From Octopus sinensis (lineage: Eukaryota): 28,499 bases of DNA. Location: assembly GCF_006345805.1 (NCBI RefSeq), contig NW_021833492.1:1-28499 (forward strand), given 5' to 3'. This document shows positions 1 to 12,148 of the stretch, in pieces. The notes beneath the pieces were generated by a model. It was given only the letters and a program-made list of their open reading frames with translations, did not search any database and was not told where the DNA came from. The position numbers and the translations under genes are program-made. Numbering within the stretch: the first letter of the stretch is position 1; each line of letters opens with the position of its first letter.

Positions 1-180
1 TGTGCAGCTGAGCCTATGTAAATATACTAAATGAATATGTGTGTGTTATGTGCATACATAATGATTGTACGCGCATACATATTATATACACATACACATA
101 CACACACACATGTGCATCATACATACATAATACATTTATGCAAACACCCCAACATACAATCATACATGCATACATGTAAA

Positions 181-302
181 TGAAGCAAGCTGAGATAAGT
201 ATATAGAGAGATAAATAGATGTATTGATAGATCGTTCGATCTATAGACAGACAGATAGAGAGGCAGGCAGACAGGCAAATAGATAGGGAAGGAGTGTGTG
301 TG

Positions 303-338
<36 letters not shown>

Positions 339-642
339 GATTAGGTAGATAGATACATAGATAGATAGATAGAGAGAGAGATTAGATTAGATTAGATTAC
401 GTTAGATTAGATTAGATTAGATAGATAGATACATACATACATACATACATACATACATACATACATACATACATACATACATAAGAGTAGATAGATTAGA
501 TAGATAAATAGATAGAAAAATAGATTGGTAAATAGATAGATAGATAGATACATACATACATACATACATAGAAGAGTAGATAGATTAGATAGATAAATAG
601 ACAGAAAGATAGATTGGTAGATATATATATATAGATAGATAG

Positions 643-717
<75 letters not shown>

Positions 718-798
718 GTTTCTTTATTGGCCACACAGGGCTGCACACAAATGGAAGAGGTTACAAAGATAGATTGGTAGATATATATATATATATAT

Positions 799-880
<82 letters not shown>

Positions 881-890
881 GATAGATAAG
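181..890. repeat. Compound tetranucleotide microsatellite block (TAGA)n/(TACA)n/(ATTAG)n/(GA)n with duplicated spacer units
   Basis: Read directly: long TAGA and TACA runs; spacer 'agagtagatagattagatagataaatag' recurs near 484 and 572. Explains ORFs 407..748, 585..998 and 761..985. Confidence 0.95.
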
Positions 891-1404
891 TAATAAAATA
901 TGTGTATGTTTATGTATACAGAGTATTGCAGCGTGTATGAATATATTTTTGATTTGTTTTGTTTTGTTCTTGTTTGTTTTTGCATGGCAGTGTGTCAATA
1001 TGGACGTCTCACTATTCGATTGTGCTGAAATATATATATGTGTCAGAGATATTTAAGCCATCCTAATTTTCATCTCGCCACAACATTAAGGTCCACTAAC
1101 ACACCAACCACAACAATCTCCTCCTGACTCCTACCAGCACTACTACGATGTATTAATCAATGGAATTCTTCCTACCACCACCGCAACTACCACGACCACC
1201 ACTATCAGCACCATCACCATCACTATCACCATAGCTATAATCTCGCCACGAAACCCACCCTTACCTCCAATAAGCCATTACTACTGCAACCACACAAGAC
1301 AGATAAACACGTTGTCAATCTAGAATCGTTTCCGCTCCGTTGCTTTCCCAACTTATATCAACATTAATCGAACTCGTTTCTTAGCTTCTCGTAAAATATC
1401 CTGG

Positions 1405-1810
1405 TGTTGTTGTTGTTGTTGTCGCTACTGCTGTTGTAGTAGTAGCAGTAGTAGTTTTTGTTGTTTTTGTTGTTGTTGATGTAGCTGTTGTAGTTGTAGT
1501 TGTAATAATTGTTTTTCTTCTTCTTACTGATGATGTTTTTTTTATTATTATTATTATTTCTGCTGCTGCTGTTGTTGTTCTTCCTACGTTGTTTTTTTTT
1601 TCCTTCATTTTCTTGAATCTTTTGCTGGTGTGTATATATTGTTGTTGCTGTTGCTAGTTATGTCATTTGGCTTTCGTTGAGGCTGTTGTCGTCGTCGTCG
1701 TATTCGTGATGGCCGTTATTGTTGGTCTTACCGATGATGATGATAATGATGATGATGATGTTGTTCTTGTTCTTGTTCTTGTTTTTGTCAATGTTGTTAA
1801 TCGTATTGTT
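1405..1810. repeat. Degenerate triplet low-complexity region (GTT/GTA/GAT/CTT)
   Basis: Runs of gtt, gta, gtc and gat triplets; poly-T and poly-V ORFs are artefacts. Confidence 0.85.
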
Positions 1811-2405
1811 ATGTTTGCTTCTCTTTCTGTTCACAATGTTGCAGCAATTGTTATTGCCAGTACAGCAAACAAGTTTTATAGAATAAATGTTATGTATTTG
1901 AAATTTTGAGTTTGTGACAGATTTCAGATATTTTATCGTATTTTTGTTTCCTTTCTTTTCTCTTCTCTTCTCTTCTCTTCTCTTCTCTTCTCTCCTCTCC
2001 TTTTCTTTTCCTCAATGTAGTTTTATGTAATGCAGTGTAGCAGAGTAAAACGCATAGATGAGATGTATACAATAGGTGTGTATAAAACCCAGGAGTGCCT
2101 AAGCAAACGTCGCACGAGAACAGACGGTTTCGAGGAGCAGAGGCCATTATAATATATATAAAAAAAAAAGTCGGGAGAGAGTGGCGGGAGACAACATGAC
2201 AATGTGTCTATGAGTGACTTTATGCCATTCAGTGGGCTGGTCTTTCTCGGAATGTGGTCTGTGATCAATGTTTGTGTCATTAGAACAGCGGTAAAATACA
2301 AGGATATTTTTACTCTGTTAATTCAAGTCTGCAAAATCATAAATGTTGTATCTCTTCGCATCGCAAGCAATAAACTTAGTAACACTGATATGTCACTTTC
2401 GATTT

Positions 2406-2417
2406 AGTGACGTCACT
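2406..2417. promoter_or_regulatory. Perfect 12-bp palindrome AGTGACGTCACT containing a full CRE (TGACGTCA)
   Basis: Sequence match at 2408-2415 in non-repetitive DNA; function untested. Confidence 0.3.
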
Positions 2418-2591
2418 CTTCGCTTTACAGACTGTACACCGCTAAGCGAGTTGAAAATGTCAATATTAATAAGTTTACCCTTTAATTAGAGATTAATATA
2501 TGCTTCAGATTTTCAAACAAAATTTTACAAAATTTCTTTTGGCACTAAATTAATGCTACTGCTACCGACAGTATTGCCAGCAGGGGTGGTA

Positions 2592-2699
<108 letters not shown>

Positions 2700-3120
2700 C
2701 TTGAAAATAAAGTACAAAGAAAAGAACAACGGAAGATTTTTTCATTTCACTCTTTCGCTTTCTCTGTCTCTCCCTCTCAATATCTCTCTCTCTCTCTTTC
2801 ACTCATTCAATCACTTTTTCTCTCTCTTTCCTTTTCTCTCTCACACACTCTCGCTCTCCCTCCCTCTCATTTTCTCTCTCTCTCTCTCGTTCTCTCTCTC
2901 AAAATATGTATGTGAGTGCCATTTACATACATAAATAGGTTAGCCACCTGCCGTCAATCATTAAGACTTTTGTGCCTGGAGCAAGTTGCAATGTTTCAGA
3001 CCGATTCTGGGAGATAGATTTTTTCAATAATATAGCACTCGATTTTAATTATTCTCTAGCTAGAAACGGTTCCGGTTGAAAGCTCGTTTATAAGTTATAT
3101 TTAAGAAAGGTCATTATGCT

Positions 3121-3442
3121 AATAATAATAAACACACGCACTGGTTAATTTTCACTCCTTTATTGTTAGTCCACTGATTAGTTACATAGCCAACTAACTA
3201 ATCGATCGCTTGTTTAATTTGTTGTTTAAAAAATCGATCATTTGTTTGTCGAAGTCCTTTCATTGTAAATTGTGTCATTATCCGTGGAGGAGAGAAGGGA
3301 TGTCATTGATGAGCTCTCGGATTGCGATAAAAACACAAATTAAACAAACGATCGATTACTTAGTTCATTAGGAAACTAACCAATTAACTAAAAATAATGG
3401 AGAGAAATTGAACCAGTGGGTGTGTGTTTTTTTTTTATTATT
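3121..3442. repeat. Degenerate fold-back element: about 115-bp inverted arms around a spacer of about 90 bp
   Basis: 3121-3237 'taataataaacacacgcactggttaattttcactcc...taatcgatcgcttgtttaatttg' matches the reverse complement of 3326-3442 with scattered mismatches. Confidence 0.75.
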
Positions 3443-3805
3443 GGAGCGATGACTTACCTTTGATACACCAAAATCTGTTTTAACCCATGAGTTCACGTCA
3501 AGAATATTGCAAACCAAATATAAACACGAAACTCATTAATATGGATAAAACACCACCCACCACATCGCAGACTGGAACCAAGAAGTGTGAATAATTTAGT
3601 TTAATCCACTAAATATTCAAGGAATTACAACGAACTTAGTCTTGAATTTCTTAGCTCAAATAAGACATCGTTATCCTCATACGCACAAATAGCATGAGAT
3701 ATTCAACTCACAGCGTTGAGATCAGACAGTTCTATGTAGAACAAGATAGCTTCTCAAATCACTAAAATTATTGTTCAGATGTTGACAACCTATTGACAAC
3801 CTATA

Positions 3806-4218
3806 GGCGTAGGAGTGGCTGTGTGGTAAGTAGCTTGCTTACCAACTACATGGTTCCGGGTTCGTTTCCACTACGTGGCGCCTTGGGCAAGTGTCTTCTA
3901 CTATAGCCTCGGGCTGACCAAAGCCTTGTGAGTGGATTTGATAGACGGAAACTGAAAGAAGCCTGCCGTTTTTATGTATATATATATATGTGTGTGTGTG
4001 TGTTTTTGCGTCTCTGTTTGTCCCCACGACATCGCTTGACAACCGATGCTGGTGTGTTTACGTCCCCGTAACTTAGCGGTTCGGCAAAAGAAACCGATAG
4101 AATAAGTACTAGGCTTCCAAAGAATAAGTGCTGGGGTCGATTTGCTCGACTAAAAGTGGTGCTCCAACATGGCCACAGTCAAATGACTGAAACAAGTAAA
4201 AGAATAAAAGAATAAGAG
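3806..4218 (+). mobile_element. tRNA-derived SINE, family A, full length
   Basis: A-box-like 'tggctgtgtgg', B-box-like 'gggttcgtttcc', internal TA/TG microsatellite and a 'gaaacaagtaaaagaataaaaga' tail; homologous copies at 5279, 10961, 11441, 25015 and 25404. Confidence 0.9.
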
Positions 4219-4526
4219 AAACCGTAAGATGCCTGTTTGACTAATTTCCAAATTTTCGAACACCTGAAGGTTTACATTTCGGAAAAATCGGTTTCAACCA
4301 GCTGCAGCCAGCCTCACAAAGTAATTATACCGGACAGCGATATTCCCAGATTGCATTGATTACCCCTACGCCATATTAGCACGTTAGCTCTGCAATCAGC
4401 AAGAAAATCTATCATGTGACTAACATTACCAAAGCTTTATCCAATGAAAAATTGTCCAACTAATCACCGGTGTGGACATGTGTATATTTTCGTCAGTGCG
4501 TTTGCTTGTCTATATTTGAACAAGTT

Positions 4527-5127
4527 AAGGCGGCGAGCTGGCAGAAACGTTAGCACGACGGGCGAAATGCTCAGCAGTATTTCGTCTGTCGCTACGTTCT
4601 GAGTTCAATTTCCGCCGAGGTTGACTTTGCCTTTCATCCTTTCGGGATCGATAAATAAAGTACCAGTTTCGCACTGGTGTCGATGTAATCGACTTAATCC
4701 CTTAGTCTGTCCTTGTTTGTCCCCTCTGTGTTTAGCCCCTTGTGGGTAATAAAGAAATAGGTATTTCGTCTGTCGCTACGTTCTGAGTTCAAATTCCGCC
4801 GAGGTCGACTTTGCCTTTCATCCTTTCGGGGTCGATAAATAAAGTACCAGTTTCGCACTGGTGTCGATGTAATCGACTTAATCCCTTAGTCTGTCCTTGT
4901 TTGTCCCCTCTGTGTTTAGCCCCTTGTGGGTAATAAAGAAATAGGTATTTCGTCTGTCGCTACGTTCTGATTTCAAATTCCGCCGAGGTCGACTTTGCCT
5001 TTCATCCTTTCGGGGTAGATAAATAAAGTACCAGTTTCGCACTGGTGTTGATGTAATCGACTTAATCCCTTACTCTATCCTTGTTTGTCCCCTCTATGTT
5101 TAGCCCCTCGTGGGCAGTAAAGAAATA
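4527..5127 (+). mobile_element. SINE family B trimer: one head plus 3 tandem 184-bp bodies, 16-bp TSD
   Basis: Unit starts 'gtatttcgtctgtcgctacg' at 4577, 4761 and 4945; TSD tatatttgaacaagtt at 4511-4526 and 5128-5143. The central 'gcctttcatcctttcggggtcgataaa..agtaccag' resembles the conserved domain of Meta-type SINEs (from memory). Confidence 0.92.
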
Positions 5128-5278
5128 TATATTTGAACAAGTTTGTAAACACCAAAAGTTCAAAATTGTAAATGATTTTTTGGAAGTAATAATAACACTT
5201 GTCCTGCTATTAATAACAGCTAAATACTTTTCGAATGATACCTCTCCTCAGGCAAGGTAACCTTAGATAATATTTTCC

Positions 5279-5588
5279 TCTACTCTTTACTCACTTTTAC
5301 TCTTTTACGTGTTTCAGTCATTTGACTGCGGCCATGCTGGAGCACCGCCTTTAATCGAGCAAATCGACCCCGGGACTTATTCTTTGTAAGCCCACTTATT
5401 CTATCGGTCTCTTTTGCCGCTAAGTGACGGGGACGTAAACACACCAGCATCGGTTGTCAAGCAATGCTAGAGGGACAAACACAGACATACAAATATATAC
5501 ATACACATACATACATATATATACATATATACGACAGGCTTCTTTCAGTTTCCGTCTACCAAATCTACTCACAAGGCACTTGCCCAAG
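5279..5588 (-). mobile_element. SINE family A, 5'-truncated with an internal deletion
   Basis: Reverse complement of the 3806 copy from its tail to 'cacttgcccaag'. Confidence 0.9.
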
Positions 5589-5948
5589 TTCAGGACTGCA
5601 GCGATTTTAATTCGTCTTTTCAATAAAGATTGACTTCGGATGAGATTGCAACAACAATAGCAACAATAATAACAACGTGATTCTTACCATTAGAATTTGA
5701 ACACTGTAGTTCTTCGTAGGTGGAAATCGTAATTTTCTAGTGAAATATTATTAACCTAACTATGCATAATATATACTGATGTTGCATTTAGATATTGCGG
5801 TCGCCACAGATGTATACGCACGCGCGTTTATACTCATGCATATGATATACTACATATATGTGTGTGTGTGTATGTATATTTTTATGTTTATGTATAGACA
5901 TATATATTTTTATATATATTTATGTATGTATGCATGTATGTGTCTATG

Positions 5949-5982
<34 letters not shown>

Positions 5983-5983
<1 letters not shown>

Positions 5984-6312
5984 CTTACTTGGTCATCTTT
6001 GTGTTTTACTGTTTTGTTCTTACTGTCCTGTTCTTGTTACCACTTTTCCCCTCCGCAAAATATCACAAATTTTATTTGATTTGCCTTGCGGGAAGGACTG
6101 TCTCAATGAAGTCGCGTTTTGTCCTTACCTTCGAACGCGGAGTAGATGACACTGGGACAACTGAAGAAGGGGAATATTCCTTGTGTTGTACGTCTTGTAC
6201 TCTTTTGGGTTTTTTTTCATTGTTTGAAAACAAAAGTTCGTTTCTATGTCTTTGTTTTTATGTGTTCGTTTCTCATTGTGTTCCACGTCTTTTCTATGTC
6301 CTGTACCCATAT
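5983..6312 (+). mobile_element. Short non-coding repeat (family Z) with a half-hammerhead, ending in a TA-rich tract
   Basis: Homologous to 26507-26912 (shared 'gaaggac...gtccttaccttcgaa', 'ctgaNga..ggaatattccttg' and 'gtcctgtacYcatata'). Confidence 0.7.
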
Positions 6313-6438
6313 ATGCATGTATATATACATATATATGTAGGTATGTATGTATATATGCATATTCATATATATATATATCTATATTCATATACATATACAT
6401 ATATGTATATGTATGTATATATATATATTTATTTTATA

Positions 6439-6555
6439 GGAGCTTCTACAGGTTCTAGTCCTGTAGAAGCTCCTTCTATAAAATAAATTACTTTACTCTG
6501 CTATGTATTGAGTACCTTATTTACTGTGGTTAACCCCGACTCAACCCGGGACCTA
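6439..6555 (+). mobile_element. Family Y mini-element with the hammerhead core deleted (stem I hairpin only)
   Basis: Hairpin ggagcttctacagg-ttctagt-cctgtagaagctcc; the downstream sequence (about 95 bp) nearly matches 24599-24702. Confidence 0.8.
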
Positions 6556-6556
6556 C

Positions 6557-6599
<43 letters not shown>

Positions 6600-8566
6600 T
6601 TATATATATATATATATATATACATATATATATCTACACATATATCACACGATTTTTCGGTTAGTTGTCCTCTTCCAATCTAAGTTTTATACTTTGTAGA
6701 AGCAGACACCCCATTGATAATGGGTGGAGTTTGAATTTCATATTTTTATTTATCTTTTGTTACCGACACATTTGCCACAGTTTATGACTACTGCGTCATT
6801 TTTCCATTTATTTTTATTTTTTTTATGCACAGATTTCAAATTTATATAATACGCTAGATCTATAATTATAAGTATTTATGAGTTTGTTACATGAAGTTTT
6901 ACCAAACGAGTTTGTTCCAAACAGTTCTACCTATCTTCGTATAGATTTTCACGTTTGATTTTTTTTGTTTATTTATTTTCTTTTTTTTTTGTTTCTTTTG
7001 CTTTTGTCTGTGAGTACCAATACGCTTCAAAATGGTTTTATTGCACATCCATGTTGTGCTGGTATATATGCATTTGTCTATGAAACTGAAGGTGCACGTA
7101 TAGATTTATATTTATTACTGTATTGCTACACGAGTGCCACAGCCTCGGTGTGAGTGCCATGTCTGCTTTTATAAACATGTCTATATTTGTGTACGTATTT
7201 GCGACTGACTCTATATGCATGTTAGTGGACATTCTGAATTGATTTATATGTAATTATATCAGTACATATTTCGTTGGTTGGTTGGTTGGTTGGTAAGTTG
7301 GTCGTTTGGTCAGTAGTTTGATTTCATATATTTATATACGAAGGTCTATAACTCTGATTGTTACTGACCGGCTTTAAAACCATAGAGGATTCATTCTTGT
7401 ATACTTATGTAGCTCGTTACCTTCGCATGTATGCGTGTGCGTATGTATGTATGTATGTATGTATTGGATTGTATTCGTATACGTGTGTTTTCCAAGTACA
7501 AGCAATACATGCACATTCGCGTATTATCTGTGTATGTGCATAACTGCATTTGCTTACGGGTGTGTTCGTGTTCATTTACGCGTATATGAGTTAGTGTGTG
7601 CAAACGTAACGGCCATAATGTGAAAGGTTGAGAAGCTATAAATTTTTATAACTAGCTATTAAATATTTCACCACGACAAGATCAAAAGCTTCACAACAAA
7701 CAGATGCCCCGCCCTTCAACATCTGTAAAAGCCAGTGAAGTGGACCCAACAAATGACGTCGGCTTGTTATTAAGATGACAAAACTAAGGGGACATTTTAT
7801 AGCAGTCGACCTCAAAGTCGGGGGTTTCTATTAAATCGTTTGTTCACTGGTTCTGTTAGTTTCCTTCACCAGTTCTATTCTCTTATATTCTCTCTTATAA
7901 ATAAGCTGTTCTCTCAGAGACTGCTGCGCATACGTATCTGCTTGTTTCGTGTACTTTCAGACGTACCTCTGCGCGTAAGTATATGTGCGTGTATGTATAT
8001 GCAGGTACATGTGTGTGGTAATCTTGGTGTATGTGTGTGTGTATGTGTGTGTGCGCGCGCGCACATACGTGCACGTGTGCATGTTTGTGATTGTACAGGT
8101 GTGTGGTGTGTGTGTGCACTCATTTGTATTCTGATACGAGTCTGCTTACGTGTACGTATGTGAAAGAGAAAGAAGCAAACAAACAAAGAACATCTTTCTG
8201 TTCGTTTGTAATATGCCTGCTGCACTTCATGTGCGTTTTTGAGAATTCTTGCTGTGCTGGAAGATTATGCGCGTGGGGGGTCATGAGTGGGTGGGTGCTG
8301 GGGAGAAAAGCATGCGTATTTCTGTGGATGTATTAGTACTTGTATTTGTGAGTTACTTTATGCATGCGTTTGTGTGTTTGTTTTGTGTGTGTGTGTGTGT
8401 GTGTGCGTGCATGTGTGTAGGCGTGTGTGTTTGTGTGCTTGTGGGAGCGTATTTTGCTGTCTGTGAAGATGTTGACATCTTCAGAAGCATGCATACACCT
8501 ATTTCTTACAAATGTTCATATATTTTAAATGTGAATATATTTCTTATGTTCTATCCTTCTTCTAAA

Positions 8567-8776
8567 TATTGGTTTCAAACTTTGGCACAAGACCAGCATT
8601 TTCGGAATTGTGGGTAAATCGATGACATCGTCCCTGGTGCTCAACTGGTATTTATTTTATCGACTCCGAAAGTATGAAAATCACCTCGGCGCTATTTGAA
8701 CTCAGAACGTAGAGTCGGACGAAATGCTGCTAAGCATTTTGTCCGGCATGCTAGCGACTCCGCCAGCTCGCCGCCC
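8567..8776 (-). mobile_element. Older SINE of the family B lineage with an alternative tail
   Basis: The reverse complement begins ggcggcgagctggcggag and contains 'gttctgagttcaaat'; the tail sequence 'tattggtttcaaa' repeats at 8781. Confidence 0.8.
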
Positions 8777-9559
8777 TATGTATTGGTTTCAAATTTTCGC
8801 ATATGACCAGCCTCAACCCTTAGAAGGTTCACCAATTCTCCAGAAATTTGGCCTCCCTTATTCCTCTCCACTCCAACCCCACCACACGCAATTTAACTGC
8901 GTTCCCATACACACACATACATGTGTACATATGTGCTTATGTACGCTTGTATAGACATGCATATGTCTATATGTATACGTATAAATGTGTGTGTGTTTGT
9001 GTATCTATGCGCGTTTCGTGGGATGTACATATATATCCTTTCAGGGCATCACCAAGGCTTACAACTTAATACTAGTATCTTTCATTACTACTTACAACAA
9101 TCACTTTTGGCTGTTTTACCGTGATCATTGTAAGGTTATTATAACTGATATTAATAGCTTTCAAATCTGTGGATTTTCAGTTTCCCCTGTTTTTCAGTGC
9201 TTGGCCATTAACAGTATTTCACGAAGAATAACCCTTTCTTCATCTAAAATACTTTCCGCTTCAAATTTCCTCCCATCCTTTTACTAGCATTGTGAGAAGC
9301 TAGAGGCTATGCACTTCCAGCGCTTGCGAAGCTTTGTGCCATCAAGTCGAAAGTGACGCCAATATTTTCTACTGCAATATTTTACGTGAAGCCGAAGATA
9401 ACATTCTGACCAGATAAATGCCATTAATAACAGTATATATTGACGATAAAAGTATACCCACTCTATTTCTCATATTGGTGTTGTTTTTCTTCCTGACATA
9501 TGGACAACCGACGGTTTGTATGTGTGTGTACTATGTAATATATATATATATATATATAT

Positions 9560-9590
<31 letters not shown>

Positions 9591-10514
9591 GACCAGCACA
9601 TGCATGCATATATTATATATATTATATAAATTACTTGTTGAGCCATCTTTTTTAGTTTTACTTTACTGAAGGAAGTTAAGAGAGACTCTGCTGAATTTAT
9701 CAGAGTTTTATTATCACATAGTTAATGTCGCTAAGTTTTTGATATTAAACAACTCAAAGAACAAGTGTTAAATTTCAACCCTGTTAACTCTTCTCTGCGT
9801 GACCGACTTTTATAAGTAAACAGCCGACAGATATATTTATACTTGTCTACTGACATGAAGAGTGGTTGCAGATAAACTACATTATATCGAAGGAAATCAT
9901 TGTAATCGCCATATTTTCTTTAATACATAGTGCAGAGAGTCTAACTAGATACGATATCGCAGCCCAGAAATCTTAATTATTTACAAATGATTATCCGATG
10001 AGGCCATTTATTTCGATCAGGATGAGTAGTAAATGCGGGTATTATTTTAATACTGGAATTTTCTGAGCGGTACGAAAATACGTACTGTATCTGTTTCGTA
10101 AAAAGAATTCATAGACATGAACCTAACAACGAAAGTTTTTTCTAACATACTGGAAAGACATAAAACAAGCAGTTAACAATGGCTTCACTTCACCAAAAAT
10201 GTATTATGAACCACACATACAAACACACACAAACAACACAAACATACACACACACACATAAACATGCACACAGACTCATTTTCTTTAAACCTTTAAATTA
10301 ACAAAATATATAGATTGACGAATTTAAATATCTAACACAAGCAAGTTAATCAACGTCACAGAAACAAAATGTTACACTTCCATACATAACATTCAACGTA
10401 AAGGAACAAACGTAAACTGTTATTAAATGCTTTAACTTTTATCACCCTGGTGTCAGTATAAAGTACCAATCGAAACTGAAACGAAATTGTATTGGTGCCT
10501 TGTAGTCAGAGTTG

Positions 10515-10735
10515 ACGTTCTTTGCGTTCCCTCTTCAAATCCCAAGATAATCTACATGACTGGCAAAAGTAACCCGCTGCTTGACTTAATATCAACATCT
10601 GATCGTTCAGGGATCACAGCGAAGACCATTCTTTTGCAAGAATTCTCTCCAAGTCTCCAATTTTTGATAGCTTTCCTCCCCCACTTGTTGCCGATTATTA
10701 ATGCCCTGTAATAGGACCGTATCACTGCCATCTTT
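10515..10735 (-). mobile_element. Decayed RTE-like LINE reverse transcriptase fragment
   Basis: Manual translation gives KDGSDTVLLQG...YQKLETWREFLQKNGLR and, after frameshifts, HVDYLGI. This resembles the RTE RT pattern (YADD-VL ... LE-WR--LE--GLR ... YLG). Confidence 0.5.
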
Positions 10736-10789
10736 CCTGAGTAGCAGATGAACAATTTTAGTGAATATTTAAATTCATTGACTGTTTAA

Positions 10790-10792
<3 letters not shown>

Positions 10793-10838
<46 letters not shown>

Positions 10839-10847
10839 TATATATAG

Positions 10848-10878
<31 letters not shown>

Positions 10879-10888
10879 GTATATATAT

Positions 10889-10960
<72 letters not shown>
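10793..10960. repeat. (TA)n microsatellite
   Basis: Long interrupted TA run. Confidence 0.97.
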
Positions 10961-10961
<1 letters not shown>

Positions 10962-11082
10962 GACGTGCTTCTTTCAGATTCTGTCTACTAAATCCACTTG
11001 CTCAAGGTACCACACAGTGGGACTGAACCCGGAACCATTGGTTGGTAAGCAAGTTACTTACCACACAGCCACTCCTGCGCCT
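10961..11082 (-). mobile_element. SINE family A head fragment with an internal deletion
   Basis: The reverse complement reads aggcgcaggagtggctgtgtggtaag...gggttcagtcccactgtgtgg. Confidence 0.85.
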
Positions 11083-11163
11083 ATATACACATATTTTTAT
11101 TTATTTATATGCATAGATATCTGGATATGCCTATATGTATATATACGCATATATACATATATA

Positions 11164-11194
<31 letters not shown>

Positions 11195-11195
11195 G

Positions 11196-11427
11196 TTTCT
11201 TTACTACCCACAAAGGGGCTAAACATAGAGGGGACAAACAAGGACAGACAAACGGATTAAGTCGATTACATCGACCCCAGTGCGTAACTGGTACTTAATT
11301 TATCGACCCCGAAAGATTGAAAGGCAAAGTCGACCTCGGCGGAATTTGAACTCAGAACGCAACGACAGACGCAATACCGCTAAGCATTTCGCCCGGTGTG
11401 CTAACGTTTCTGCCAGCTCGCCGCCTT
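11196..11427 (-). mobile_element. SINE family B, full-length monomer
   Basis: Reverse complement of the 4527 head plus one body. Confidence 0.93.
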
Positions 11428-11440
11428 ATATATAATATAT

Positions 11441-11774
11441 TTCTTTTACTCTTTTACTTGTTTCAGTCATTTGACTGTGGCCATGCTGGAGCACCGCCTT
11501 TAGTCGAGCAAATCAACCCCAGGACTTATTCCTTGTAAGCACAGTACTTATTCTATCGGTTATTTTGCCGAATCGCTAAGTAACGGAGACATAAACATAC
11601 CAGCATCGGTTGTCAAGTGATGTGGGGGACAAACAGACACAGAAGCATATACACACACACATATATATACCACGGGCTTCTTTCAGTTTCCACTCACAAG
11701 GCTTTGGTCGGCACGAGGCTATAGAAGAAGACACTTGGCCAAGGTGCTACTTACCACACAGCCACTCCTATGCC

Positions 11775-11775
<1 letters not shown>
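11441..11775 (-). mobile_element. SINE family A with the B-box region deleted
   Basis: Tail-to-head match to the 3806 copy; junction 'ccaaggtgc|tacttaccacac'. Confidence 0.88.
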
Positions 11776-11818
<43 letters not shown>

Positions 11819-12076
11819 AGTGCTCTTTAGAATCTATCGACCTGTTTACCCTATTTTGTATCACTGCCCAGTGGCGCTCTTTGTTTGCTTTTAATGGAGT
11901 TCATGTGTTGTAACTATTCGGTTTAGAGATAGCTTCATCTCTTCCTCCCACAACGAATTCTCTGTGAAGGATTCTGACCAATTTCTTCTCTTCTGTTTCA
12001 AAGGAGTATACACATACAAGCATATATGTGAACCAATATCTGTATATATGAATTTATATGTAGCTACTAGTATGTA

Positions 12077-12148
<72 letters not shown>

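Noticed and set aside
407-998. ORFs of 74-137 aa (YLSI repeats)
   Set aside because: Translations of the TAGA/TACA microsatellite.
3060-3090. GAAACggttccgGTT as a hammerhead stem III
   Set aside because: No CUGANGA-like core or stem I upstream.
5779-6486. Longest ORF (235 aa)
   Set aside because: Spans two TA/TG microsatellite blocks and a non-coding repeat; no protein-like composition.
9200-9290. Minus-strand stretch DGRKFEAESILDEERVILREILLMAKH*
   Set aside because: Short, bounded by stops, with no good splice signals or recognisable family.
9990-10025. CCGATGA-ggcc motif
   Set aside because: No GAAA or stems follow.
11830-12005. Possible TE protein relic on the minus strand (KIG*TGR)
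   Set aside because: Too degenerate to support.
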